Shown: positions 1-14,293, numbered from the stretch's first letter. The stretch is 64,000 bases of DNA from Octopus vulgaris (GCA_951406725.2 OX597814.1:120962001-121026000), one strand, 5' to 3'. Made by a program: numbers and translations. Notes: generated by a model not told the origin, from the letters alone.

Positions 1-2420
1 TGCTATGAAACAGAAATAAACACAAAATTTATTACACGAATCTGTTATCACCACGACAGTCAACTATTTGACGCCGAACACGAGTTTGATGTTGAATACA
101 TCCACAAATTTTTCGCTCAGATAGCTCTTCCCAAGACTGCAAGACGGCTTCGTGCAATACATGCCTCGTTGTAGATTTTTTCAGTTCAACTTTATCGGCC
201 AAAACTTTGAAAATCCCTCCATATAATGGATTCCACGTGTAAACATGTGTTGAACAGAACTCACTGAATAAATCTTAATTAACTGTGTTGTCAATATTAT
301 GCACCTGACATATGCTAACGTGTATGCAGCCAGACTTTTCACACAGAGGATAGTATTTATTAAAGTGTTTAAAAGTATAAAACATAAAGAAAGTGTTGCT
401 GATTCAACATATGATATTAGAATCAAAATGTTTGGCATATGAAGCTTCATATTCAAAACCCTTATTTACCACCGTACACTAAGATGGATCTTTTATTATC
501 CGGTGATCATTACATGATGTCTTCCTGTTTATTTATATACTCTCAAAATTAAATTACAATTTGAGCATTTCATACTGACGTTTCCAATTATACCCCTCTG
601 TTTGAAATAACTATACTTTATTTCAAGTCACATCACCATGTACATCACAAGTAAAGCATATCTCAGAAATTAAATGTCGTATATCAACTATTTACATAAT
701 AACCAGTTACTTTGCTTGCAGTGAACAGAATTTCTGTTCAATGAGACTTTTGTCATAGCGCCAATATTGTTTCCATGTTTACTAATTTCACTCATCGGAT
801 TAAAGTCATGTTGGACCACCGCTCTGAAGTATTTATAAGTTGAGGAACGCTATCGACGAGACACTCATTTATGTCCATGAAAAAATGAATAAGAAATATT
901 AATGATTGGTATATATATATATTCTATTCTATAACTTCTATCAAATGGCATAGGAAAAAACTACAAATTTTAATGCACGTGTCTGTGCCGGTGGGAGAGA
1001 AATAGCTGACTGAACAGACGCCAATATTAGGCAGGTATTGCTTTTCATAACATATATGCACCTCATAAGGGCAGCATGCGTAAGCAAACACTTCTTCAGG
1101 CAAATGAGAAATAAAAGTCGCACTCATGCAGTAACCAATAATGGCTCCACAAAATTCATACGGGTGTTTCAAAGTGCACCCGAAATGACTTAACGTCCAT
1201 TTAGCGTGTTTTCTACCTGTTCTCCACTCTCCTCTTTCATCAGATCAAATATGCGTGACTTATGTCTCCAATTTCTGGTCACCGTTTCTTCCGATCCTTG
1301 CCAATACTAGTCCACGTTTGCGATTGCGGGAGCTGTGAATCCACCTTACCCTACCGTACCATTTACCTAATCTAGCTTGCTCCTCGCAGGTGTTTAAATA
1401 TGGCTACTGCATGTTTGTGACTTGTAGTTCTCGTTTATCAGTTCAGTTCGAAGAAATGTTTCCCGATCTAAAGGTGGCATTTGTAGCGTGATCTGAGGTG
1501 TTACTGAATGTTAAAGTATGTTCAACAGATGAAATTACACAGCGCAGTACCAACTTGAGATCCATGTTCTTTACTTTCATTATTGCTGAGTTCCTTATAT
1601 TACGTTATACTTCACCTCAAATATAACTGAATATGTGTAAGTAAAGAATACGCACCAATTTCGAAAAAAAACTTTGTCTTAGTTCTCATATTTCAATTTT
1701 AAATTCACAATGAGTTCACTTCCATTTATATGGAAAAGAAATTCTATTCCACATGATTTCATCGTAGTGAATCAGAATGAGTCATTCGTGAAAAAACATT
1801 CAGCATTAATACGAATGCTTGTTTAGTTGCCGTGAATTATTAGCTTTGTTACAAATGTTTCTATGTATGATATCTCCCTTGGCCATATATTCCAAAGGAA
1901 ATTTGAAGTAAATAGAATTTACAAACATAAATGCATGTTAAAATGTCTATGCTTTAATGAAAAGAAAGATATACAGCATCCATTATTGTTGTTGTGAAGT
2001 AACAGAAAGTAAAGTCTCTCCCATAATATTTTCATTGAACTATCGTCCATAATGTGTTTTCTATTACATAGATCATTGTAAGTTTGAGAATAACAACAGT
2101 TGATAATAATAAGCAAGCATAGTCACAAACAGGAGTCGTGGTAGTGTTAGTTCGTCCTAAAACAAAATGTAGTTGCAAAGCGCATTAAAAAGAAAATATA
2201 GTGCCTTGTAAAACGGTGAAGCACATCGTTTAATGTTTTCTTAGCTGCACTGTAGAGGAATATAAAAAAATTGCCAAAAGAGGGAATATTTTTATTTACT
2301 CAGTCAATGCTGACCTGGATCTAAACAAAAAGAACAATGTAAGAAACATAAATCACCCTGAGAGAAATGCAGACCAGTCTGACTTATAGGTAAGATGATT
2401 CGTTTGACTATTTTATGGGC

Positions 2421-2595
2421 TGTGAGCTGGCAGAATTGTTAATTGAAAATGCTTAGCGGCATTTCATTGCAATTATGTTCTGACTTTACATTCCGTCGGA
2501 ATCGACTTTGCGTTTCAACCTTTCAGGATCGATGTAATATATAATAGTATTACAGCCTCCCCAAAATTGCTGGCCCTGTACCAAAACGTGAAATC
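2421..2595 (+). mobile_element. SINE family A copy (degenerate)
   Basis: Matches the repeated 'gagctggcagaa...gcttagcggcatttc...gttctga...ttccgtcgg..tcgactttgc' body seen many times in the window; ends approximate. Confidence 0.65.
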
Positions 2596-3464
2596 AGTAT
2601 TAATATTCACACGTTTCAGCACTAATGAATGTAACATTTTCAACCTCTTGGTTGTTTGTCTAACTACACGATCTACTTCCCGTTTCAGTTCTCACTTTTG
2701 CAGGAAGGAATAAGATAACGGTTAATGAATATCCGACTTATGATGCAATACCAGCTGAATTAGAAAGTCAAATATGCTGATTATTCATTTATTTATTTAT
2801 TGTTTTTAAATGCAGATTATCGTGTTATTTAAACTGAGATTGAGAAAACAGATATTTACTTCGATTTATAGTAGTGATTGTGTAACAGCTACACTTGATT
2901 ACGAATGAGTCCACAGATTGTAATTCTCTGCGAAACCTTGAATGATGAAGGTTGTCAACAATTCCAAGAATGTCTTCAATCATCTATATAACACACAATT
3001 ATGAATGGTGCCGAATGCTCCTTCCGATCATCGACAAACTCTGTCATTTCTACTTCCGCTGCTGTATGTTGGTGACAGGCAAAAGTGAAGATCATTCTCA
3101 AAAACAACAACGTTATTGAAATCACCAAATACAGACCTGTCACTTTCAATAACAGCAGATGAAAACTTGATGATACAATTCACACACAATTAAAAGACAC
3201 CAGTAAATATTCGTAAATTCTAAATCTCATACATATATTGTGAGTATGTATATGAAAAAACATACATATATTATATATATATATACCACACACACTTAAG
3301 CATATATATATATATATATATATTTATACATACATACATATAAGTACTTATGAAACTCGTAGTGAATGCGTATGTAGTGTATTTGCATAGAAAGTTTTAT
3401 TTAGAATATGTATCGTAACGTTTCCTGAATCCTATTTCGCCTTCAGGAAAACTGGTAGTATCAT

Positions 3465-3683
3465 TTTCTTATCTTGGCACAAGGCCCGAATGTGTTGGGG
3501 TGGGGGTGGAGGAGGAAGTTGATTATATAGACCTCACTACGCAACTGGTACTTAATTTATCGTCCCCGAAAGGATCAATGGCAAAGTCGACCTCGGCGGA
3601 ATTTGAACTCAGAACGTAAAGATAGACTAAATACCGCTAAGCATTTCACTCGGCATGCTAGCGTTTATGCCCGCGCGCCGCCT
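3465..3683 (-). mobile_element. SINE family A copy
   Basis: Reverse complement of the family A body (ggcaaagtcgacctcggcggaatttgaactcagaacgtaaa...ccgctaagcatttc); B-box-like GTTCAAATTC on minus strand. Confidence 0.75.
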
Positions 3684-3969
3684 TCGGAAATTGGTAATAT
3701 CACGGGATATATCTCACAGCGTCATTTTGTCTGACAGGAATGACAAATATCCGTTAAAACGTTCAAAGAATCCACATCACCAGAGCTCTAGTATGCTTCA
3801 CTAGAAGATTTTCTATAGTCTTTTACGACTCTTGTAGAAATATAGTTATGTCAGCAGTATATTTCTATTATGCAGATTAGATATGATTCCACCTACTCAA
3901 TTATACACACACACACACACACATACGTAATTATTTATAGATAAATCTACTTACACGTATGTCACTATA

Positions 3970-5247
3970 CGAGGTCTGATCAATAAGTATCGGGACTAGT
4001 GGTATAAAAACAAAATTACAACACATACCAATTTGGCATTTAATCTCCTTCAAATTAGTCCCCTTCGGGAGCCACTCACTTAATCCAGCGCTGTTTCTAT
4101 TGAAGGAAACAGTCCTGGAGCTCGTTCTCTAGTATAATCAGCAGCTGCCTTGTCACATTCACTTTTATTTCCTCGGCGTGTTGTAATCTTCCTTTCAAGC
4201 AGGATTTGATTTTTGGAAAGAGGAAAAAGTCGCAAGGGGTGAGATCTGAGGGATAATGTGGCTGTCGGACCTGGTGAATACTGTGCCTAGCCAAACACTG
4301 CTGGTGAGTGGGCAGGTGCGTTGTTATGGTGCAATTGCCACTCACCAGACGCATGCAATTGTGGCCTTTTCCGACGAATAACATCCCGCAAAACATCACA
4401 GCAGTACTCCTTCTTTAGTGTCAGAACGGGTGGAGCATACTCATGATGAAAAATTCCCTAGTAGTTGAAAAGAAAAAAACCATACACAGTATCTTCACAT
4501 TGATTCGACACATTCGTGTATTCTTCGGTCTCGGAGTTTGGAGACTTCCACTGTGAAGATTTAGCCTCTGTTTCTGGGTCATAGACATCGACCCACGATT
4601 CATCACCCATTATTACCGTTTTCGAAAGGCCTTCATCATTCTCGACACAATCAATATCTTGTGCAACTGAAGCCCGAGTATCTCTTTGGTTAGCTGAAAG
4701 CAGTTTGGCCACAAACTTGCAGACACGCGTCTCAATGATAATGGACTGAACTAGGTCGAAGCTAATATGTACATCGTTTGAGAACCCACGGATGGCGATT
4801 AGACGGTTTCCTCTCACAGCTGCACGCATATCTGCCATGTTTATCTGTTCTCCTAGTTGCAGGTCTCCCAGAACTTTCGTCACTAACGACACTTTCCGGC
4901 CATCTTGGAAACATCTGAACCACTCGTACTCTCGTGTACGGCTAATACGCTCCTCTCCACACACTTTCTGAACCTTTGCGTAGGACTTTGAGCAGGTATC
5001 ACCAAGCTTTTTGCAAACTTTGATGCAGATTCTCTGCTCAATTTCCTCTATCATGTTCAACGCGACGATCACAAGCTACAACGTTCCCTCCAAGCACTGC
5101 TGTAAACAGTGGAAGTGAGCTAGTACAATAAAACTTAGTGAATATGCATAGCATAATTCACGGTTAATCTGTACCAAGCAGCTTCTCTCTCCATGCTTTA
5201 GCCTAGTTACTATGGCAACAGTCCGGATACTTATTGATCAGAACACG
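3970..5247 (-). mobile_element. Mariner DNA transposon, full length with frameshifted transposase
   Basis: ~28-bp TIRs (cgaggtctgatcaataagtatcgggact / agtccggatacttattgatcagaacacg) flanked by TA; ORF pieces EQRICIK, GDESWV..YDPE, PHYPSDLTPCDFFLFPKIK (YSPDLAPxD motif). Confidence 0.93.
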
Positions 5248-5282
5248 TATATGCTCATATCAATAATATATACCCAAAAAAT

Positions 5283-5492
5283 GCGGCGAGCTAGCAGAAA
5301 CGTTAGCACCCCGGGCGAGATTCTTAGCGGTATTTCGTCTTACTTTAAGTTCTGAGTTCAAATTCCGTCGAGGTTGACTTTATCTTTCATCCTCCCAGGG
5401 TCGATAAATTAAGTACCATTTGCTTACTAGCGTCCATCTAATCGACTGGTTCCCTACTCAAAAATTTTGGCCCTTGTACCTGCAGTAGTAAA
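5283..5492 (+). mobile_element. SINE family A copy
   Basis: gcggcgagctagcagaaacgttagc...gttctgagttcaaattccgtcgagg...gtcgataaattaagtacc, shared with 11717 and 12714 copies. Confidence 0.8.
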
Positions 5493-6289
5493 GAATATTA
5501 TATACCCACAAATGTAAGCACAACCATTATATATTTGGTAAGTTTTTTGCGCGTTGCTATTTTTTCCTCCATCGGTTTTCGAATTTAGTTACCACTAAAT
5601 CTATGATACCACGATAGGGCTGAAACTAACTCTTTTAGTTTTATCGCTATTCCTGTCATTCATTTAAAATATAGCTACTGTAGGTATTTGTCTTCCCAAT
5701 GTCTCTCACTTGCTTCCAGTTTCCCTTCACATATAGCACTAATTCTAGATCTCTGTATCACGATCTATTTCGCTTTAGTGGAAATTTTCAATGGTGTGAA
5801 GTTGATAACGATTTCGTGCGTCAGATTTAATTAAATTAAACGCCATGTGAAAGTTTAACGCAAATGGACATTTGTGCTATAATGTATTGCATATCTTATT
5901 CCTATCGGTAATGATACTGGGAATAAGGACTTGCTCTCCGCACACATTTTAATCTCCTTCATAAATGAGATTTATTCCATGCAGGTGTTTGCATGAAGAA
6001 AGTGCATTTATAAGAGCTGTTAAAACCCAAATACTTCCTGGTCCTTCAGGTAATATAAGCATAAACTCTCTATGTGTAGATGACAAGAAACCAATCAAAC
6101 AATTATCAAAATCATTTGTCAAGACACCCGAGCAGATGAAGGCGTTTAGTGCATTTACAGGTAAAATGAATAGATGATAAAAGATTCTGGGAACTTGGTT
6201 GAACAGGTTATTGAGAATCCAAATGTCAACATGTTCTCTAAAGCTGAATAAAGTGCATCACCTATGTCATCAAGGAATGTGAAGGGATA

Positions 6290-7450
6290 ATCCGCTTTCA
6301 TGAGGCAAAAATGTTGAAACGAAGTTTTCGAAAACCGGTGACAAATTATAAGCAGGAAGGAGGTAGTCTTAAACCTTGTATCTTTGCCACTCAGGGAGAC
6401 CCTCTCCTTTCAACAGCCTAAGACTTAAGTGGGAAATGCCAAAAGGATTTAATCCAAATAAAGAATTATCTCACATTAATGAAAATGTTCACCAAATACA
6501 ATTTGAAGTTATAGGAGTAATAGATCTTTGCAAATCATTGTTGTATCATATATCCAACTTACTTCGGGCGAAGAAATCACTGTGCTTCTGTCGGAAGTCG
6601 GCTGGGCCAAAGTAATGACATTGGTCTTGGAGAATAGTATACATTATACATCAGTGATGAAGACTTGATTACTTGAACGCACTTAATAGTATACAACCTA
6701 GACCTGAAATGAACGTATGACATGATTATGTCGTTATACTAACAGACAATTGATTATGTAGATATATTAACAGACGATTGATGTAATTTGCTGTATTTCA
6801 CTCAAGTTGAATATTTAATTTAAAGCAAAGCTGACCCTAAATTGAAGAAACTTTCATTATGATAAAACACCAGAAAAAAATGAATTCCATTGGTTTGTAT
6901 CACCAGAAAACAAAGAGCGTATATCCTTCGTACAATTCGATATCAAAAACTATCATACTTCGATATCAAATGCTCTCTTTAAGAAAGTGATGATATTCGC
7001 TTCTAAACTTGTACAGTATATTAAAGAGGAAATTAATAATATAATTTTTGTTTGGGACTTGTGTGATCTTATCGAACGGAGAAACGCCAGAGATGTCACT
7101 TTGTGATACATTGATGGGATCATTTGAATTGGCAGTCGATAGAGGAGTGTTCGACTCTTCATAAATCATTACCTGGCATTCCAAATTCATGTACTCGACA
7201 GCGGTTTATACTGAAATGAATCTCTATAAACAGTAAAAATCTTAACTACGCTGCACTAGGAATCAAAATTCTTTTAAACCTGCAGAACAATACAATGTCT
7301 ATATCTTTCATCGTGGTCAATAAATGAGAAAATTTTTTTCGATGCCACCTTAAATTTGAAATGTGACTCACCTTTTCCTTGCCACACATCCAATGAAAAT
7401 CTTATGTAGATACACAAAAATTCGAAAAATCCAAATGTTAACGTTATCTT
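6290..7450 (+). pseudogene. Heavily decayed Penelope-like (Naiad-type) reverse transcriptase remnant
   Basis: Manual translation gives ISFVQFDIKNYHTSISNALFKKVMIFASK at 6921 (cf. PLE FDIxxFYPSI) and FFDATLNLK..FP...NENLM*IHKNS at ~7335 (cf. FLDVTLNL...KPN..P.YI...SNHP); 5' boundary uncertain. Confidence 0.65.
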
Positions 7451-8054
7451 GTTAGGAATATTTCTCCTCTAATATCCAAACAATGACTACTCACAGTTAT
7501 TACAACTCATTCCTTTCTGTCATTATTTGATAAGATACGAATAATAAACTTCCTTTTCATAAATATAATGATTTCTTTATAATGATCTCTTAAATTTTTA
7601 CGTTGTTATTTAGCGCTACCTATCGACAGAGGTTGGGAAATAACAATGGATTAGTTTATCATTTCTTTCCGAAGATCTGGTGCGTCGAGGCAAATATGCA
7701 GTTCAGTAATTATATGCTGTTCTGTTACCGCACAGCAAACTCGTTTTCCCTAGTAAAACATGTGTAAAACGTATGTAATTCATAACGTTATAATGAAAAT
7801 GTAAACTCGGTCATCTGTTTTATTCTGTTCTCCAATATACACTTTATAAGTTACTCACCTTTATATAATATCAGATGGCAGTCAGCTCAAAAATACATAA
7901 ACTGTATGTAATACTAGATTGCAAAGTGGATATACCTGGATTTACTAGACGTTTTAACATCTCGTTAACCATTATGCTATATAATTCGAAACGGTATTTT
8001 AAGTACACACGCACACACGCGCGCGTGCACGTACGCACACATATGTATATATGT

Positions 8055-8915
8055 ATATAGATGGGTAATTAGGTCACCATTTCATAATTTCAATTTCACG
8101 CATGTGCATTGTTTTTCTTCTTTTGTCGTCTACATAGTATAGTAAGAGCAGTTGGGCATCGTCTGTGAGAAAAACAGCACCATCAAGCAATTCACTCTGC
8201 CAGAAACTTGGAAACGGCACGCTGTACTGCTTGGAGATCCAATATGAACATTTTAGAGTGCTTTGGTTCCAATCTGAGGACAATTCAATCTTAGGACATA
8301 TGACGTGAGTGATAAAAATCAAACATCCCGTCAACATCATGGTGTTTGGAGTGATCGCTAGTGATAGCGACGTTATGCTTCACTTCATCTTCCCACACGA
8401 ACTCAGACTCAACACGAAGTGTATGGATAAGATAGTGCTGCCCTGGGTCAAGAGGGTGGCTACAGGAATACCCTATGGCTGTCAACAAGGCTCTGCACCA
8501 TGCCACACAAGCTGGAAAACTCAGACATGGCTGCCGGACAATTTCTGCGACCACATCATCCCTAACATCTTGCCTCCTAACTCCTCAGACTGCAACTCCC
8601 TTGATTATTATGTGCGGGGCGCAATTGAGTGAGAGAACAACATAACTCCTTGTCACACCAAACATGAACTGAAGGCAAAGATTATGGCGACATTCACTCA
8701 CTTAAAGAAGAAGACTATCCAGAACAGTTGCAGGGGATTCCGAAGTCGTATGGAGGCCGTGGTTGAAGCCAATGGATATTCTACTGAATAAGTTTAGTCT
8801 TTAGTATTTCAAGATATTTTTATGTAATTTTGGTAAATATATCTGTTAAAATGAAATGTCGGTGTTTTTTTAATTTTTGCGTAATTTAGACAATAGTTTA
8901 TTCACCACACCCTAT
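8055..8915 (+). mobile_element. maT (DD37D) Tc1/mariner-superfamily transposon remnant
   Basis: ORF 8309-8632 MVFGVI...QQ(G/D)SAPCHTS...PPNSSDCNSLDYY with 37 residues between the 2nd and 3rd catalytic positions; 3' TIR-like end ttattcaccacaccctata. Confidence 0.8.
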
Positions 8916-9549
8916 ATATATTGCGAACATAACGAGTAATCAACTATACAAACATCGCGTAAATTCAAATATGTACAAATTACATATATAGGAGCCTATT
9001 ATCTACATGTAGATATTAGGTTTATTTGTATAGTAAAAATGTTTATTTCACTGTAGTATGAAGGAACATAACACATCGTGAAAAATATAGATAAATTCTG
9101 TGTATTTGACTTTGAGACACTTAAGGCATACATCTCTCACAGAAATTATTCCTATCTATTGCACCTATGACTGATCTTGAGCCCTGTCATTCAAGATTCT
9201 ACGTTTTAGGGTCATCTTAGGATATATCTGAAAACGATTAAAAATTTCTAAACTCGATATCATGTTTCTCACCACTTCCTCTCTTATTCTTTGCACCGAA
9301 CATTTATTGTTCCCAACCAAAAATATAAGACTGTTTAAACTATTATTCTCCAGTTCGCTTAAAAGTTTAATAGCGACAAAGAATTGAATAAAGATGCATA
9401 GATACGTTTTTCCCCTCTATGAAATGCAGCTGAATAAATAGGATTCAAATTGAAAACAAAAACCATATGGTAAGATATCCATGCGGCGGAAACTGATGTC
9501 ATATAGAGATTTAAAGAGAATATATCGTATAAATCACTGTAATATTAGT

Positions 9550-9735
9550 CTCAAATTTCAGCAAGATCGGGAAGGAAATAAGTCGATCACATCGACCCCA
9601 GTATTTAATTGATAATTATTTCATCGAACCGGGATTGATAAAATCAAACTCCGTGGAATTTGAACTCAGGACGAAAAGACGAAGGAAATGCTGCTAAGCA
9701 TTTTTTTCCGGCGTCCTAAAAATTCTGCCAGGTCA
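9550..9735 (-). mobile_element. SINE family A copy (degenerate)
   Basis: catcgaccccagta...ggaatttgaactcaggacg...gctaagcatttt...aattctgccag. Confidence 0.65.
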
Positions 9736-9984
9736 CCACATGATAAATGACTCTAATATTATAAACTGTACATGTATAACTCTCTTTATAGTCTTGCATA
9801 TACACTCCGTAAACGGTTTATAACACAACGAAGCGAAATGTGGATTTAACCACCGCGTGAAATACACATTGGAAGCATCGATTTTAAATATTCTCAGGTC
9901 ATTCCAGATTATTCGATGCAGTGAGCCAGGACTTGAATTATACTAGGGTACTTGGACGGTTGATTTACTATCCCAATGTATATA

Positions 9985-10015
<31 letters not shown>

Positions 10016-10016
10016 C

Positions 10017-10375
10017 AGGAGTGGTTGTGTGGTAAGTAGCTTGCTTACCAACTAAATGGTTTCGGGTTCAGTACCTACTATAGCCTCGGGGCGACCAAAG
10101 CCTTGTGAGTGGATTTGGTAGACAGAAACTGAAAGAAGCTGGTCGTAGATGTGTGTGCATGTGTGTGTTTGCGTGTCTCTGTCCCTCCACCATCGATTGA
10201 CAACCAACGGATGTTGGTGTGGTTACATCTCCGCGACTTAGTGGTTCGGTAAAGGAGAGGGACAGAATAAGTACTAGGCTTACAAAGAATAAGTCCTGGT
10301 GTCGATTTGTTCGACTAAAGGCGGTGCTGCAACATGGCTGCTGTCAAACGACTGAAACAAATATAAGAATAAAAG
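10017..10375 (+). mobile_element. SINE family B copy (tRNA-like head, internal microsatellite)
   Basis: ggagtggttgtgtggtaag (A-box-like), gggttcagt (B-box-like), gtggatttggtagacagaaactgaaagaag, 3' end actgaaacaa..taaaaga; same as 43373 and 52471 copies. Confidence 0.8.
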
Positions 10376-10722
10376 AATATATATACTCCAAGAAAGCTGG
10401 AGGTTGTGAATTCAACCCACTAAGGGATAATACATATCCAATATCTTCAATCCATTTGAGTAATAAAGGTGGAATGAGGTATTTTTATTTATTGGCTGAA
10501 ACAGCGGTAAGTTATTTCACCAATTTATATTCGTGTTTTTATAATAATTACTGGTATCCTTATATATTACTATATTTAATATCTTATATCATATATGTTA
10601 AGAATAATGTTATATGTATGTATATTGTTGTAATTATCAGTTTAGTAAATAAATAAATAAGTTACATAGTATAATGTCTAAAGTTGATGAACCACCTATT
10701 GTTCTCCTCCATTTTCTTATTG

Positions 10723-10763
<41 letters not shown>

Positions 10764-10775
10764 CACACACACACC

Positions 10776-10818
<43 letters not shown>

Positions 10819-11716
10819 GTAATACCTTACACGCATATGGATATTTTGTAGAAAACGTGAAAGCACTGATCGTGTGTAATGAGAAAAACCCGGAACCACG
10901 TGATGTTCGACGAACGTCTTGACCATAAATTTACACATATGGCAGTTCGCCTTTTTATTATAACAGAGAACAAGCACCGCAACAACTGCAAGATCGATAC
11001 CAGTATTTTATTGTTAGAACTTGCTATTTATTCTTAAGTATGTTTACATAGGAAATTCGCAGGTATTACGTGCATATTTCGAAATACTGATTGGTTTTAA
11101 TGATACATTTTATGTTTTGGTGTGAGTATTACTGTATTTCAAAATACCATCTTTATTCTAGCGAGTTGCTCACTACATTCAACTCACTGACAAAGAAACA
11201 ACGAATGTTTGCGTTATTTATATAACATACATAGCTACTAAATTGAGAAATGAGGTGAAATAATAATAAATCATATATTTTCCCAGAAGAAAATTGTTTT
11301 AGAAAAAAACTCATTTGTAATTTTTTTAAAAATTTCATTGTTCAATGTTTTTATGAATTATTGCTATTTGTGAGGATATCGTTCACTCGTTTATTAGTTA
11401 GATTTCTACTAATGGTGCAACATCATTGAAGTTCTGTGAGGAAAATGTTGATTCCAGTAGTTGACTGGTATTTGGTCAATCGGTAACAAAAACATTTTGA
11501 AAGCTTGTGTCAGCCTTACCATGGTATGGAATGCGTAGTAGCATTTCGTCCGTCTTTACGTTCTAGTTTCAAATGCTCTTGGCTCCAACTCAGCATGTCA
11601 TCCATTCAGAGCTGTCTTGGATCTAAAAACGGGAACAATGCTGCAAATATGAGTAAAAGTTTGACCTGTGTAACTGATGTGTAGGATGGTTCATTTGAAT
11701 ATTAGTATAGACTCAG

Positions 11717-12110
11717 GCGGCGAGCTGGCAGAATCGTTAGCACGCCGGACGAAATGCTTTGTGGTATTTCGTCCGCCGCTGCGTTCTGAGTTCAAAGTCC
11801 GTCGAGGCCGACTTTGCCTTTCACCATTTCGAGGTCGATAAATTAAGCACCAGTTACACACTGGGGTCGATGTAATCGACTTTTTCCGTTTGTCTGTCGT
11901 TGTTTGTCCTCTCTGTGTTTAGCCCCTTTGTGGGTAATAAAGAAACAGGTATTTCGCCCGTCACTACGTTCTGAGTTCAAATTACGCCAGTGTTAACTTT
12001 GCCTCTCATCATTTCTGGGCCGATAAAATAAGTTTTATTTAAACACTGATGGCAATCTAATCGACTTAAAACCTGCCATGAAATTGTTGGCTCAGTGCCA
12101 AAATTTGAAA
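11717..12110 (+). mobile_element. SINE family A copy with internal partial duplication
   Basis: ggcggcgagctggcagaatcgttagc head; the gtatttcg..cgttctgagttcaaa segment occurs twice (11763, 11949). Confidence 0.8.
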
Positions 12111-12434
12111 CTTTACTTGTATCGTATTGATTTCACATTTTGTTAAGATGTGATGTCAATGTTTTTTTTTCATTTTCGCGTCATTTAGACAATAATTTAT
12201 TCACCGCACCCTGTATATATTGCGAACATAACGAGTAATCAACTATACAAACTTCACGTAAATTCAAATATATACAAATTACATATATAGGAGCCTGTTA
12301 TCTACATGTAGGTATAAGGTTGGTTTGTATAGTGAAACATTCTTATTTCACTGTAGGTTGAAAAAACATAACACATTGCGCTAAGGATTCCGCGAGCTTG
12401 CCGCCTTATTTATTTTATTTTATTTTATTTATGA

Positions 12435-12685
12435 CCCCTTTTCAAGCCTAGTCAGGCGCATGGGCCCGGTTTCTGTGGCGTATGAGTTCCCCACCAGCTG
12501 GACGGGACGCTAGTCCATCACAGCGTTACTCAAGAAATAGGAAGAAAGATTGAGAGAAAGTTGGGGCGAAAGAGTGTTACAGCCTTAGGTGTTTTTACTC
12601 AATAAACACAGGCAAGGCCCGGTCTGGGGATCGAAACCGCGATCCTCCGAGCTGCCCTATCCACTGGGCCATTGCGCCTCCACAC
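12435..12685 (-). mobile_element. SINE family C copy (tRNA head, V-SINE-like central domain)
   Basis: Minus strand: gtggaggcgcaatggcccagtggataggg...ggtttcgatcccc head; gctgtgatggactagcgtcccgtccagc resembles the V-domain; homologous to 23972-24215. Confidence 0.7.
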
Positions 12686-12713
12686 CGCCTTATTTACTGG
12701 TACAATTATATAA

Positions 12714-12925
12714 GGCGCCAAGCTGGCAGAATCCTTAGCGCAACGGGAAAATGCATAGCGGCGTTTCTTCCGACTTAAAATTCTGATCTGAAATGCGACC
12801 GAGATCGACTCTGTCTTTCGTCTTCTTGTGATCGATAAAATAAAGATTAGTGGAACATTGCAGTCGGTGCAGGCGTCATAGCACCTCCCTCAAAATTCTT
12901 GGCCTTCTGCCAAAATGTGAAATCA
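12714..12925 (+). mobile_element. SINE family A copy
   Basis: ggcgccaagctggcagaatccttagc...gatcgataaaa...aaaattcttggcctt. Confidence 0.7.
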
Positions 12926-12944
12926 ATATGATACGTGTAAATAG

Positions 12945-13150
12945 TGGTTTCAAATTTTGGCACACGGCCAGCAATATTGGGGAACGGATAAATCGATTCA
13001 TCGATCTCAGTGCACGTACTTTTTTATCGACCCAGTAAGAATGAAAGGCAACGAGGACAACGGCGGAATTTGAACTCAGAACGTAATGACAGACGAAATG
13101 CCGCTAAGCATTTTACCAGCTGTGCTAACGATTCCGCCATCTCGCCGCCT
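12945..13150 (-). mobile_element. SINE family A copy (inverted relative to 12714 copy)
   Basis: cggcggaatttgaactcagaacg...gctaacgattccgccatctcgccgcc. Confidence 0.75.
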
Positions 13151-14293
13151 TTGTATGTGGAAATATTGAATCATAATACATGTTTCCCATTGATGAATAT
13201 GCTCGAAAAATTTACATTTATTTGGGAATAAAAGAAACGAAAACTCCTTTTATCAATTGTTTGCTAATAAACTAACTTTCAGAAATGTTCAGCATCACAA
13301 TAACTCTGAAGAATTGTCAACTTTATATTGATAGAAAAACACAAAAGACATATTTATGTCTATTATTTAGCAGCTCCCACGCCATTGCATCTATCTCAAA
13401 CACTCAAAAGAATAGATAAAATATCTAAAACATTAAATGAAATATGCTTTAAAGTATCTGCATTGAATATTAAAGAAAATTGGCTTTGGTGTATTTATTA
13501 AAAATCTTTCACGCTGTTGTAGCCTAAGAAACTTATGTGTTTATTACTGCGGACGGAAATTATAAGCGCTGGTTATTTCTCCTCTGTTAGGGGTAAAAGA
13601 TGGAAGAGTGAACAGATAAAGTCTAAAATTAGGAAAAAAGAGAAAGACAGAAAGAATAACAGAGAAGCTGTGAACAATAGAGCGGAATGGAGAATGCTAT
13701 TATTCTATATCAATTCAGATATTGGCTGAAAGGCATTTAATTTCAATTTTGATTAAAATTCGCTAGCTATATCACATTTGAAAGTAAAATTTATAAAAAT
13801 TTATACCTAGTAAAAGAATTCGGTTTTTCATTCTGCAAATGAAAAAGTAGGGAAAACGCTAAGAGTAATAAAAACGTCATTTCATTAAAATTTCGTTATA
13901 TTAAAAATATCATCTATGGCTTTATGGAGGTAAACAATATAAAAGTCGATCATTGAATTTTAATCTCAGAATAAACAGGGTCTACACACACAGATGTATA
14001 ATAATATTGTATATGTAGCGCTGTGTCAAAGAGCGTATTTTATATTTATGGCGAATCAGAGAAAGGGAGTCCTCGTATATATAGATATGTAAATTACAAA
14101 ATTTTAAAAAATGATGGCTTGTTTTCATTTTGTACAGCCGAAAGCTATGCATGGTGCCTTAATAAAATTAGAAGTGTAGATTTTAATGCTTGGATCGAAT
14201 ATACTTTATAGTAATGCATAGAAAATGGGAGGTCAGTCCTTCAAAGACATTAATACAAATTCAGCACACCAAACAACGATGGATCATTAACTA

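Noticed and set aside
181-1172. Short ORFs as host exons (also 51081-51449 and 61545-61866)
   Set aside because: No recognisable domain or supported splice structure; small exons cannot be excluded without RNA-seq
3410-3450. Minus-strand ctgaagg...gaaacgtt
   Set aside because: Core mismatch and no stem I pairing
7665-7710. ccgaaga...gcaaa motif downstream of the decayed PLE RT
   Set aside because: Too degenerate to fold as a hammerhead
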